Shown here piece after piece: positions 43,630 to 53,400 of a stretch of DNA of 64,000 nt. The notes under the pieces were generated by a model, which saw only the letters and a program-made list of their open reading frames with translations, was not told the origin of the DNA and ran no database searches. The position numbers were made by a program, and so were the translations under genes. Source of the stretch: a virus; the IMG/VR virus record IMGVR_UViG_3300015371_000003, positions 32,001 to 96,000 of that record. One strand, written 5' to 3'. The first letter of the stretch is position 1; every line of letters starts with the position of its first letter.

Positions 43630-44120
43630 GTAAGTTGAACGAAGTCTTGGATGAAGCCAAGCAGCGGTTGCTGCAATTGAATGCACCACCCGTGACCCTC
43701 ACCGGCAAGGTGGTCGTGGCCTACGATGAGAACGATTTGCTGGATGTGCTGAAGGGCGTCCGGTCGTTTCCTGCGGTGGGTATCGTCTACGAAGGCATGC
43801 GCTCCATGTCGGAGGAGCCGAATCCTACGGCGAAGGTTGGGCTGTCGTGTGAAATCGTGTTGGGCTTTGTGCTGGTGGAACGGGGTGATGAAATTCACGC
43901 CACCGACCAGAAGAAAACCCGAGCGATTGATTACTTGGATGCGATGCGCCTGCAATTCATCGGGCAGCGCAGTACTGTCTCGAAACACTATTGGCACTTC
44001 ATGGTAGAGGCTCCTGCCGCGCTTCGATCCGGAGCCGTCTGTTGGGTACAGCGATGGTCCTTGCCAGTGCAACTGCCTCACTTGCCCCCGAACGGCCAGC
44101 AACACCCGTTCTGCCCGTAG
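43626..44120 (+). CDS. Tail terminator/completion-like protein
   Basis: Position and size (164 aa); FPAVGIVYEG motif. Confidence 0.5.
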   Translation: MSKLNEVLDEAKQRLLQLNAPPVTLTGKVVVAYDENDLLDVLKGVRSFPAVGIVYEGMRSMSEEPNPTAKVGLSCEIVLGFVLVERGDEIHATDQKKTRAIDYLDAMRLQFIGQRSTVSKHYWHFMVEAPAALRSGAVCWVQRWSLPVQLPHLPPNGQQHPFCP

Positions 44121-44788
44121 TCTCGTGCATTCTGCCGACGAAGGACCGAGCGGCGTACATCCCACACGCCATCCGTAGCTATCAGTCGCAAACCTACCCC
44201 GCCAAAGAACTGATCGTCGTGGATAATGGGACCGATGCGACGGAGGCGCTGATTCCGCCGGATCCATCGATTCGGTATACCAAGGTGACGGGCACGCTGT
44301 CCACCGGAGAAATGCGGAATCTCTGTGTGAAACAGGCGCAGGGAAAGTTTATCTGTCATTTTGATTCGGATGATTGGAGTGCGCCGGAACGGGTGGCCGA
44401 TCAAATTACGCGCCTTGGAGTGTTTGGGGTCGTGACCGGGTACGACTCCATGTTATTTTATGATGAGCGGGATGGGCAGTGCTACCAGTGGTCGTATCCG
44501 GCCCCCATCCGTTTTGCCTTGGGTACGTCGTTGTGCTACCGGAAGGCATGGTGGGATCACCATCCGTTTCATGCGTTGCGGGTGGGGGAGGATGTGCGGT
44601 TTTTTATGCAGGCCATCCGCGAAGCCAATCGACTGGTTCTGACGGCTCCCGCCAATCACCTGATGGTGGCGCGAGTCCACAATCAGCAGACGAGTCGCAA
44701 GACGTTGAATCGCACCAGTTACAAACCCGTCCCTCCGGTGCATCTCCCCCCGTTGTACCCATGCGATTTAACCTCATCTCCAATCTGA
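44054..44788 (+). CDS. Glycosyltransferase family 2
   Basis: VSCILPTKDR…ELIVVDNG…RN…GKFICHFDSDDW…GED; start uncertain. Confidence 0.85.
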   Translation: MVLASATASLAPERPATPVLPVVSCILPTKDRAAYIPHAIRSYQSQTYPAKELIVVDNGTDATEALIPPDPSIRYTKVTGTLSTGEMRNLCVKQAQGKFICHFDSDDWSAPERVADQITRLGVFGVVTGYDSMLFYDERDGQCYQWSYPAPIRFALGTSLCYRKAWWDHHPFHALRVGEDVRFFMQAIREANRLVLTAPANHLMVARVHNQQTSRKTLNRTSYKPVPPVHLPPLYPCDLTSSPI

Positions 44789-45624
44789 CCAACGGGTGCG
44801 GGCTGCAACAGGATTACCTGTTGCTGAAGTCGGCCTTGGAAGCCCGTGGGCATTCGGCGTATGGCATTCAGTTCAATCACAAGCCCTTGCTGGTGAAGCC
44901 TGCGGATGTCAATATTTTCTTGGAAGTGGTGGTGCCTCAGGTGTTTACGGCGGCTCCGAAACAATGGGCCATTCCCAATCCCGAATGGTGGTTTGCCGGG
45001 TGGGATGCGAGTCCGTGGGATCGGGTGTTCGCCAAGACGCACGATTGCGAACGGATTTTTCGGGAGAAGGTTGGGAACCGGTGTGAATATCTGGGGTGGA
45101 TGGCCCGTGACCTCTACCACGAGGGGATTCAGCGGGAACGGAAGTTTTTGCATGTGGCCGGGAAATCCCGGTTCAAGAATACTGCGGCAGTGGTGACAGG
45201 ATGCCGCATGGCGGGTGTGCCGTTGACGGTCGTAAGTGCCTTTCCTCCCTACACCCGAGTCTCCGATTATACGCTTATCCAATTGATGAATTCTCATTTC
45301 TGCCACGTCATGCCTTCGGCCTACGAAGGGTATGGGCACGTGTTGCATGAGGCGTTGGGGACCGGTCAGATTGTCATTACGACCAATGCCCCACCGATGA
45401 ATGAAATTACGCCCGCGATCTACGTGCCGAGTGTGGCGACGACGGCGCATCATTCCGGGTGGTTGCACCGGGTGGACGCTCAAGCTGTCGCCAAGGCGGT
45501 GCAGGAAGTTTCGGCGTACTCCGATGACGAGGTGAAGCAGCAACAGCGTCAGGCCCGAGCGTCGTTTCAGCAGAGTCAACAGGCGTTTGAATACGCCTTG
45601 GATCACGTGGTGGGACACGCATGA
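44761..45624 (+). CDS. GT-B glycosyltransferase (GT4-like)
   Basis: FLHVAGKSRFKNT…MPSAYEGYGHVLHEAL…VITTNAPPMNE. Confidence 0.8.
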   Translation: MRFNLISNLTNGCGLQQDYLLLKSALEARGHSAYGIQFNHKPLLVKPADVNIFLEVVVPQVFTAAPKQWAIPNPEWWFAGWDASPWDRVFAKTHDCERIFREKVGNRCEYLGWMARDLYHEGIQRERKFLHVAGKSRFKNTAAVVTGCRMAGVPLTVVSAFPPYTRVSDYTLIQLMNSHFCHVMPSAYEGYGHVLHEALGTGQIVITTNAPPMNEITPAIYVPSVATTAHHSGWLHRVDAQAVAKAVQEVSAYSDDEVKQQQRQARASFQQSQQAFEYALDHVVGHA

Positions 45625-46172
45625 AGTGGCAGTGGTCTGGTACGGCTGGACTGGATTTACATGAGGCGTTGCGGGCCGCATGTGCGTTCATCAAACCCGT
45701 GAACAGTTATCTGGAAATTGGGGTGGATGGCGGCGGATCCCTGAACACGGTGCTCTGTGAAGGTCGCCCCGAGCGGATTGTGCTGTGTGATATCTGGGAT
45801 CCCACTTACTGCGAGCACGGAGACGCCAAGCCCCGTGTGCTGGAAATCCTTGACTTCTTCGAAGCCACGGCCCGATTTTTGGATGGGGATTCGAAACGGC
45901 TCATTCCCACGTTGAAGGAGTCCTTCGATCTGGTGACTGTGGATGGGGACCACAGTCCAGAGGGAGCCTATATCGATCTGTGTAACGCATGGCCCCTCGT
46001 GAAAGTCGGTGGCATTTTGGTAATGGATGACATTCACCATCCGAATTACCCGTGGCTCAAGCAAGTCTGGGAAGGCTGTCTGCAACAGTGGCATCTCCAA
46101 CAGTGGCGGTTGGAACGCATCATCGAACAACACGGGGGCTGTAACGCCGACATGGTGAAGAAGATCGCATGA
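45621..46172 (+). CDS. Class I SAM-dependent methyltransferase (Methyltransf_24-like)
   Basis: YLEIGVDGGGS…GDS…FDLVTVDGDH…GGILVMDD. Confidence 0.85.
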   Translation: MKWQWSGTAGLDLHEALRAACAFIKPVNSYLEIGVDGGGSLNTVLCEGRPERIVLCDIWDPTYCEHGDAKPRVLEILDFFEATARFLDGDSKRLIPTLKESFDLVTVDGDHSPEGAYIDLCNAWPLVKVGGILVMDDIHHPNYPWLKQVWEGCLQQWHLQQWRLERIIEQHGGCNADMVKKIA

Positions 46173-46190
46173 AACTGGAATTGGGGCCAA

Positions 46191-46760
46191 ATGGTAGCAT
46201 TTGAGAATTTAACAGGGCACCGATTTGGCCGTCTTGTGGTGTTGGGGCGTGCTGGTACTGATAAGAACGCTTTTGTTCTTTGGAAATGCCGGTGCGATTG
46301 CGGGAAGGTGGTGGATCGTGTTAGGACTCCCGGCTTAAAGAAGGGCAAAGCTAAAAGTTGTGGGTGCCTGAATAGGGAGAGAGTGCGAGCATTACACGCA
46401 AAGAACGCCAACGAAATGTCAGCTTTGCGTAGGTTGTATTACGAGACGGGAGCCTCCGCACGCCAGAGGGAGCTTAGTTTTACACTAACCCTTGAAGTTT
46501 TTATTGAGTTGGTAAAGTCTGATTGTGTTTATTGTGGAGCACCACCATCGAGAGTATTCAGACGAACGAATAAGGGTGGAATGAAGGCCCATTCGTTATG
46601 TGTGGTGAACGGGATCGATAGACGAGACAATCAGTATGGATATGAAACGCTCAATTGCGTGACTGCCTGCGAGCTTTGCAATCGAGCCAAGTCTGCGATG
46701 GGGGAAGTTGAATTCGTGGCTTGGATTGATAGATTGGCGAGGCACCGAAAATTCGATTAG
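46191..46760 (+). CDS. HNH homing endonuclease
   Basis: LTGHRFGRLVV…WKCRCDCG…SCGC; CVYCG…NGIDRRDN..GY…NCVTACELCN; AT-richer DNA. Confidence 0.85.
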   Translation: MVAFENLTGHRFGRLVVLGRAGTDKNAFVLWKCRCDCGKVVDRVRTPGLKKGKAKSCGCLNRERVRALHAKNANEMSALRRLYYETGASARQRELSFTLTLEVFIELVKSDCVYCGAPPSRVFRRTNKGGMKAHSLCVVNGIDRRDNQYGYETLNCVTACELCNRAKSAMGEVEFVAWIDRLARHRKFD

Positions 46761-47212
46761 AACTTGGTTGCGGAAACCACCCGACACCGGGCTACCTGCA
46801 TCATGATCGGTGGGTGCATTCACCGCACATCGATATTGCCTTTGATCTAGATACGTTTCCGTGGCCCGTCGAGGACGGGTCCGTCGAAATGCTCCTTGCC
46901 ACAGACGTGTTCGAACATCTCAAGTGCGACGTGCAGACATGGTTGGATGAGTGCTGGCGAATTCTCAGACGACAAGGCGTGCTGAGCATGCGCCTCCCTG
47001 CGTATGACAACCCGTATAGCTGGCGGGATCCCACGCACCAACGGGTGTTTCATCAGGAATCGTTTCTTTACTGGTGCCCCCAAGCGGAGGGCACAGTATG
47101 GAAGGATTTTGGGCGCTACTACTTCGGTCCTGCGTATCAGAAGTGGTGGCGGCAGCAGTCCGTGATTCGTGAAGTCAAAGACTGGCGTTTTACGCTATGC
47201 AAGATGTCGTAA
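46751..47212 (+). CDS. Class I SAM-dependent methyltransferase (non-canonical start, probably ATT)
   Basis: In-frame IRLELGCGNHPTPGYLHHD upstream of GTG 46814; DL..FPWP…VFEHL…ECWRIL…DPTH. Confidence 0.7.
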   Translation: MRLELGCGNHPTPGYLHHDRWVHSPHIDIAFDLDTFPWPVEDGSVEMLLATDVFEHLKCDVQTWLDECWRILRRQGVLSMRLPAYDNPYSWRDPTHQRVFHQESFLYWCPQAEGTVWKDFGRYYFGPAYQKWWRQQSVIREVKDWRFTLCKMS

Positions 47213-47958
47213 TCATCCCTACGTATGACCGGCCTGAACTGTTGTGGCTTTGTCTGGATTACCTGTCTAAGTGTCCTGATAGCGTGCATGTGCCGATTCG
47301 GATTTACGTGGATGCTCATATCGGACAGCCGCCCCCGCCACGAGAGGATATTACGGCGGTGGTTGAGAAGTTTCCCACGCTCTCCATCCAAGTGGCCTAT
47401 CGCGCCTCCCATCCCTACCCCGGCAACAGTCATAACGTCCTGATGGCCTACAAGGATGCCTACGAATCGGAAGCGTCCTACGTCTTTCTCGTGGAAGACG
47501 ATGTGCTAATTCATCCGCAGTTTTTTACGTGGCACCGGTATGTGCAGAACGGGAGTAAAGCCATCGGGTGCAGTATTGCGGTGACGAATCCGGGGCATGG
47601 CGCGTATGCGTCGTTGGGCGTGTGTTTCAAGCGGGAGCGGCTTCAACTGGTGATGCCCCACTGCAAAGCCGCCTATTTTCAGGATATGCGGGGGTATTGT
47701 CGTGCCCATTTCCCACCCTCACGGTTTGACTGTGAACAGGATGGGTTATTCGCACGAGTGCTGGCAGGCCATCCGGTCGTGTGGGCAGGCACCCCCTACG
47801 CACAGCATGTGGGATGGTACGGGTATCACCGTCCGAGAAGTGTCCGACCACAGGGCACCTTAGAAGATCGCTATTTTCAAGTGAAGCAGGCGTTGCGAAC
47901 CACGCAATCCATCCGGAAAGTCTCGCGTGATTTCAGGGATATCCAACCGTTGACGTAA
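47197..47958 (+). CDS. GT-A fold glycosyltransferase
   Basis: VIIPTYDRPE.L…FLVEDDV…EQDG…QHVGWYG. Confidence 0.75.
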   Translation: MQDVVIIPTYDRPELLWLCLDYLSKCPDSVHVPIRIYVDAHIGQPPPPREDITAVVEKFPTLSIQVAYRASHPYPGNSHNVLMAYKDAYESEASYVFLVEDDVLIHPQFFTWHRYVQNGSKAIGCSIAVTNPGHGAYASLGVCFKRERLQLVMPHCKAAYFQDMRGYCRAHFPPSRFDCEQDGLFARVLAGHPVVWAGTPYAQHVGWYGYHRPRSVRPQGTLEDRYFQVKQALRTTQSIRKVSRDFRDIQPLT

Positions 47959-48067
47959 CCTCAACCGCTGCAACCAATTGCACGAAAAGTCCGTTGACTT
48001 TGGGGGGTGGCCCCCTTACAGTATCTGTTGCAGCCGAATAGGTTGCCCCTATCAAGGAGTCATTGCT

Positions 48068-48895
48068 ATGGGGATGGTAAATGTACGAAACTTGGGGTTT
48101 GGTGGATCAGGGATTCCTGACACTTTGCCTCAGGCGATTGCCGAACTACAGGGCATGAGACAATCCGTCGTGAACGGGGCGGCGGCTGGCACCGTCATCG
48201 TGGTGCCGGGAATGGACCCCGAGGACAGCGTGGGAGCGGTGGTGGATCTGACTACGCCCGCCACGATTGATCCGGCTACGGTCACTGTGGCGGAGAGGAA
48301 TGCCTCTGCCACGATCACGGCGCTTACCACTGCCGCCGATGGCGACAAGGTGATCGTCAACGGCAAGACGTACACGATCAAAGATGTGGTCGTGAACACC
48401 AGCTATAACGCGCCCCCCTTCGTGGTGCCGGTGGACATTACGCCGAGCGGCAACGACGCGGAGATTCTGGCGGATCGTCTCGCCAAGGCCATCATGTCCG
48501 GGGACAGCACCCTGACCACTTCCGTGGGACCGAATGCGGCGTCTCCGCCCGCCCGTGTGGTGGTCACTGTGAAGGTGCGGCAACCCGGCACCGCAGGCAA
48601 CTCGTACACCCTGTCCGAAGTCGGCAGTGCCGTGACCGTCTCAGGTGCGAATTTCACCGGAGGTGTGGCGGCGGCATCGGCTGGTTTTTCCAGCAGCGTC
48701 AACACGTCGGGCAAGAAACTGCTGGTGACGTGGTACGACCGTCATCCGGGTGCTGCCACGGCTCCGCTGATGGTGGAGTCGGAGGACATCGCATCTCCGC
48801 CCGAAGGTGACGATCTTCAGTCGCCGCCGGAGCCGAACACTCACGCGAATCTGCACATGCCGGATTCGCCTAACAAGAAGCCCGTCAGGAAGTAA
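48068..48895 (+). CDS. Virion structural/decoration-like protein
   Basis: Ala/Thr/Val-rich, SD aaggag, promoter-like TTGACT-17-TACAGT upstream, directly before the tail tube gene. Confidence 0.55.
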   Translation: MGMVNVRNLGFGGSGIPDTLPQAIAELQGMRQSVVNGAAAGTVIVVPGMDPEDSVGAVVDLTTPATIDPATVTVAERNASATITALTTAADGDKVIVNGKTYTIKDVVVNTSYNAPPFVVPVDITPSGNDAEILADRLAKAIMSGDSTLTTSVGPNAASPPARVVVTVKVRQPGTAGNSYTLSEVGSAVTVSGANFTGGVAAASAGFSSSVNTSGKKLLVTWYDRHPGAATAPLMVESEDIASPPEGDDLQSPPEPNTHANLHMPDSPNKKPVRK

Positions 48896-48921
48896 ACTGG
48901 CCGTAGCTAAGGAGAATCAGC

Positions 48922-49755
48922 ATGAGCACTTTTGATGCGGCCAACTGGTACTTCAGCGGCCAAGGGGTGATCATGATCGGGCGTCGTGACCCGATCACGG
49001 GCAACCCGATTGGGCTGAGGCCAGTGGGCAACTGCCCGGAGATGCGCTTGACGGTCGCTACCACCGTCGTCAACCACAAAGGTTCGCAGGATGGACAGCG
49101 GGCCACCGATGCTCGACTGCAAACCGAAGTCAACGTGACGGCCTCGTTCACGTGCGAGAACTGGAATGCCCGGAACCTTGCGGAAGCCACTCGTGGGTCC
49201 GATACGCTGATCCCGGCAGGGTCCGTGGTCAACGAAGCGGCCAAGGCGTTCCCCGGACTGGTGACGGCCCTCCGGTACATCAAGGTCAACGGTGTCGTGG
49301 TCAAGAAGGGCGCGACCACCCTGACCAAGTACACCGATGGCACCGTGCCGTGGGATTACAAGCTGAATCCCGAGGCCGGTTCCATCATGTTCAACGACGG
49401 GGATCTGATGGACTTCGCGGGGTTCGTGCCCTCGTCGCCGCCGGATCCTGATGGGGATGATCTGACGGTGAGCTATTCGTACGAGGAACAGTACCTCGTC
49501 TCGTCTCTCACCCGTCCGATCACCGACAACTGGCTCCGCTTCGAGGGTCTGAACACCATCGAGGAGAACAGCCCGGTCATCGTGGACGTGTTCCGCTTCT
49601 CCAACGATCCGCTCAAGGAACTGGCGCTCCTGTCCGATACCTTCGGGCAGTTTGTCATCGAGGGATCGGTGCTGAAGGACGACACGCGGCTGAGCGGCAG
49701 CAACTATTTCAGCATCAAGAAGCTGAAGGCACAGCCTGACAATCTCGTCAACTAA
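48922..49755 (+). CDS. Major tail tube protein
   Basis: YFSGQG…RPVGNCP…LRFEGLNT…VIVDVFR…L.L.SD.FG…EGSVLKD; lies upstream of chaperones and tape measure. Confidence 0.8.
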   Translation: MSTFDAANWYFSGQGVIMIGRRDPITGNPIGLRPVGNCPEMRLTVATTVVNHKGSQDGQRATDARLQTEVNVTASFTCENWNARNLAEATRGSDTLIPAGSVVNEAAKAFPGLVTALRYIKVNGVVVKKGATTLTKYTDGTVPWDYKLNPEAGSIMFNDGDLMDFAGFVPSSPPDPDGDDLTVSYSYEEQYLVSSLTRPITDNWLRFEGLNTIEENSPVIVDVFRFSNDPLKELALLSDTFGQFVIEGSVLKDDTRLSGSNYFSIKKLKAQPDNLVN

Positions 49756-49770
49756 CGCCGCATCGTGATC

Positions 49771-49805
49771 GGGGGTGACTCCTCAATGGTGGGGAGTCAC
49801 CTTCC
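49771..49805 (+). terminator. Stem-loop after the tail tube gene (terminator/attenuator)
   Basis: GGTGACTCC…GGAGTCACC hairpin with a weak U tract. Confidence 0.45.
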
Positions 49806-49834
49806 GTGTCGAGGCCAGAAGACAAGGAGTGGAT

Positions 49835-50299
49835 ATGGCCCCCAAGCAAGTTGTCAAAATAACGGACCTCGCACAACTTAGCCGTCCTGTTGACATTTCC
49901 GACGACAAACAAATCATGGTCCGCGCTCTCAATTTGCGCGAGATGGTGACGTTGTTTGTGGATTCACGGGATGTGTTCCTTCCGCTGTATGCCGCAGGCG
50001 TCGAAGGACGCATGAACCCGGATGATTTAGCGCCGTTTCTGCTGTCCGCCCCACAGGTAGTCGCCCAGATCATTGCGATGGCCGGGGATGAACCGGAATC
50101 GGCCTCCACTGTTGAAAAACTCATGCCTGCTACGTCGCAATTGATTGCATTGTCGGAGATTTGGCGAGCGTCGGTACCGGATCAAAAAAAAGCGAAGCAA
50201 CTGTTATCCGAGGTGACGGCGCTAGTGCAAAAGCTATCCGAAAAAGGCGAAAACTTACTCCAGAAGACGCCTTCTCTCATGGACTCGCCGCCTCTGTAG
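49835..50299 (+). CDS. Tail assembly chaperone (G-like)
   Basis: Between tube and tape measure; SD aaggag; A8 slippery run at 50184-50191. Confidence 0.75.
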   Translation: MAPKQVVKITDLAQLSRPVDISDDKQIMVRALNLREMVTLFVDSRDVFLPLYAAGVEGRMNPDDLAPFLLSAPQVVAQIIAMAGDEPESASTVEKLMPATSQLIALSEIWRASVPDQKKAKQLLSEVTALVQKLSEKGENLLQKTPSLMDSPPL

Positions 50300-50496
50300 A
50301 GGTGTTGGTCGCCAATGGGCATCGTCCTGCGGAAGTCTGGGGTTATAGTTTGCGGGTCATTGATGCCTATATCGAATTGATTGCTCAACGTCTTCAGCAC
50401 GAGTTGCATGATCTGACCGTGGCAGTTCGACACTCTCAAGGAACGGACGCAAAGGTGTTTCGTCAATTTTTAGAGAGTTTGCAGGGAGACGAGTAA
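50184..50496 (+). CDS. Tail assembly chaperone GT extension (-1 frameshift product)
   Basis: -1 frame open from the A8 run to TAA 50496: LVANGHRPAEVWGYSLRVI…. Confidence 0.65.
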
Positions 50497-53400
50497 TGCC
50501 CCCGACCTCCGCCGCGATGGAACTGAAAGTCCTGATCAGCGTGCTTCAGAGCGGCAATGCGCTGAAGACGCTACTCGGGCAGGTCAATCAGCTATCGTCG
50601 GCGCTGACCACTCTCCAATCGAAAAGTAATGGGGCACAGCCTCCCGGTATTCCTCCGACACTCAAGCCCCGTGCTGATGAAGCTACCAAGTCCCTGCTGA
50701 ATATTGAAGGCGCGGCGAATAAGGTTACGAATGCTCTCAAGTTTATGGTCGGGGGGTTTCTGGCCCTTGAGAGCGTACGGTTCGTGAAAGATTTGGCGGA
50801 TGCGGCGGCGAGAGCGGAGGTGTTGCAAACTGTTCTGCATGTGGTGGGGAACAACGCCGGGTACATGCGAACGGAATTGGATGCTGCTGACAAAGCGGTC
50901 CAGAAGCTCGGAATCACGGCGTCGGCATCTCGTCAGGCGTTGACCCAAGCGATTCAAGCCGGGATCCCCCTTGCCGATGTGACCAAGTTGGCGCGGGCGG
51001 CTCAGGATACGGCGGTCATTCTCGGGACGAATTCATCAGAAGCCTTCCAGCGGCTTGTGACAGCGGTGCAGACCAGTAACACCCTGATGCTTCGGCATAT
51101 GGGGATTACGGTGCAAGCGCAAGCTGCGTACGACCGGTTTGCCTTATCGATTGGAAAGACCGCGAGTCAGTTGACCGCTCACGAGCGAGTGCTGGCGTTT
51201 TCGAACGCCACATTGCGGGAGGCCGCGAAACTCCAAGGCACGTACGAAGCCGCAATGGGGAATGTCGGTAAGCAACTGACTTCTCTGGATCGGTTGCAAG
51301 AAAACCTCAAGGTATCGTTGGGCGCGGGACTGTTGCCTGCGTATTCAGCGTTAGTCGAGGAACTATCGGAATTTCTGAAGTATCTGGGCCTGACCACTGA
51401 CGAAATGGGTGGGCAGACCAAAGCCGCACGGGATCTTGGAGCGACCATCAAAGATTTGGCCCATAGTTTTTTTGAAATTGGGAAATTTTTGATTGAGCAC
51501 AAGGGTGTGGTGTTGGGGGTGATCGAAGCCTACTTCGTCTTCACTCGTGTGCTTCCGTGGATACGAAGTTTGGTTGCTGCGCTGCCCGCGTTAGAAGCCG
51601 CTATAGCCGGAGTAGCGGGCGGCGGAGCCGGTCTGGTCGCGGCCTTAGGCGGATGGCCCGTCATTATTGCCGGAGTGATTGCCATTCTTGTTGCACTGGC
51701 GGCTCAATTCCCCACAGTCCGGGCGGGATTGCTCAGCGTGTGGTATGCCTTCTTGACGGTGCTGACCGTCATTGGGGCTGTGGCGAAAGCCATCTTCGGG
51801 CTGATTCCCCTGTTGAATACGCTGAATGATGTGTTGATCCATCCGTGGAGAGCCGCTGATTTGGCAGCGGCATGGAAACAATGGGAGGACACCGCGAAGC
51901 AGTCGATGGACGAGGTGGTGGCTTATGCCAAAAAAACACAGGAGCAAGTTGGTAAAGCCTTAACTCCTGAAACACCAGAACAGGCGGCAGCACGAGAAAA
52001 ACAGGCCAGAGAAGACGACATTGCCAAGGGCCGCGTCGAAATTGCCAAACTCATGGCGCAGGAGGCGGATGCGAAAGAGCGATTGGAGAAGGCCCAAACG
52101 CTTGGGGGAGGAAGTAAAGTCACGGATCTTGAGGAGGCGCTGAAACGAGTCCGAGAGGAACTAGGCAAAGCGCAAGCGGCCCAAGACAAACTGTATGGGG
52201 CGGGCGGGTATTCCCCCGAAAGTATCGAGCGGGAAAAGAAGATGGTGGCGGTGCTGGCTGAAGAACAGAAAGCCCGCTATGACATGGAAGGGATTGAGGA
52301 AGCCAGATCCAAGAGTCGATTTACCTACGGGGCGGAAGGGGAGTTGAGTCGAAGTTTTGGCTTACAGATCGGGCAATATAGCGAATTGCTGAATGGGTAC
52401 GTCAATAAAACGAAAGATGCCAATGTTACGACCGCTGAACTGACTACCAATCTCGAAGAAGCTGGTAAAGCGGCCCAAACTGCGGGCGATTTGAAGCTGC
52501 TGACAGCGGCGGTGAATGACCTTCTGAAAAGTAACAAAGAACTGTCCGCCGAAGAACGTTCGCGTGTCCGGTCAGCCCTGACAACAGGGCGTTTGCAAGT
52601 GGAGCAGGCAACGCTGGCCCGAACAAATGAAATTTTCCAACGTCAACAAGCCTTGCGGAATGAAGCCAACAAGCAGACTGATCAGCAGCTACAGCTTGAG
52701 TTGACGCAGTTACAGACTCATAACGCTCAGACACAGGCTCTCGAAGATCAGGCGTACGCCCGTGGAGCCATTTCCCTCCAAGATTATTACGATCATCGTG
52801 CGGCCATCATTGAGGCGGAATACCAGAAACAAAAACAAGTTGCAGAGACAGACTTACAGCAAGCGATTACGAGGCCCGTGCGAAACGTGCAGGAGGAAGC
52901 TGCTCGGGCTACAGAGGTTCAAGCGGCCCGGAATCGTTTGGCAAAATTGGAAGACGATACCGAGGGGAAGCGGCAAGAGAACCGGATCAAACGGGATCAG
53001 GAACGTACGTCGATTAACAACGAGATTCTGGATATTCAGCGGGAAATTGCGGAATACGAGGGAGACGAAGCGACCGTTCTTGAAGTCCTGAATGCGAAGT
53101 ATCAGGACCGATTAAATAGGCTCAAGGATTCAAAACCGGAAGCTCGGGAATTGCTACGGATTCAACAGACCATCGAAGAATTTGATATTGCCCGAGAGAA
53201 TCGTGAAAAAAGGGCACAACCCATCTTTGATGAGTTGGCGGCTCGGAAACAGACGCTGGATCTGGAGCAGAAGCAAGCCGATCTTGAGAAAATTCGTGTG
53301 GATGCGCTGGAGAAGTCTGGGAATCTGACGGCGACTCAAGCCGCCCGTGCTCGCAATCAATTGCTGCAACAACAGGAACAGCGGGTCTACCAGCAGGGGT

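Noticed and set aside
46169-46770. Group I intron carrying the HNH inside the methyltransferase
   Set aside because: There is almost no non-coding sequence around the HNH ORF to form a ribozyme core, and the duplicated LELG codons fit insertion with start replacement better.
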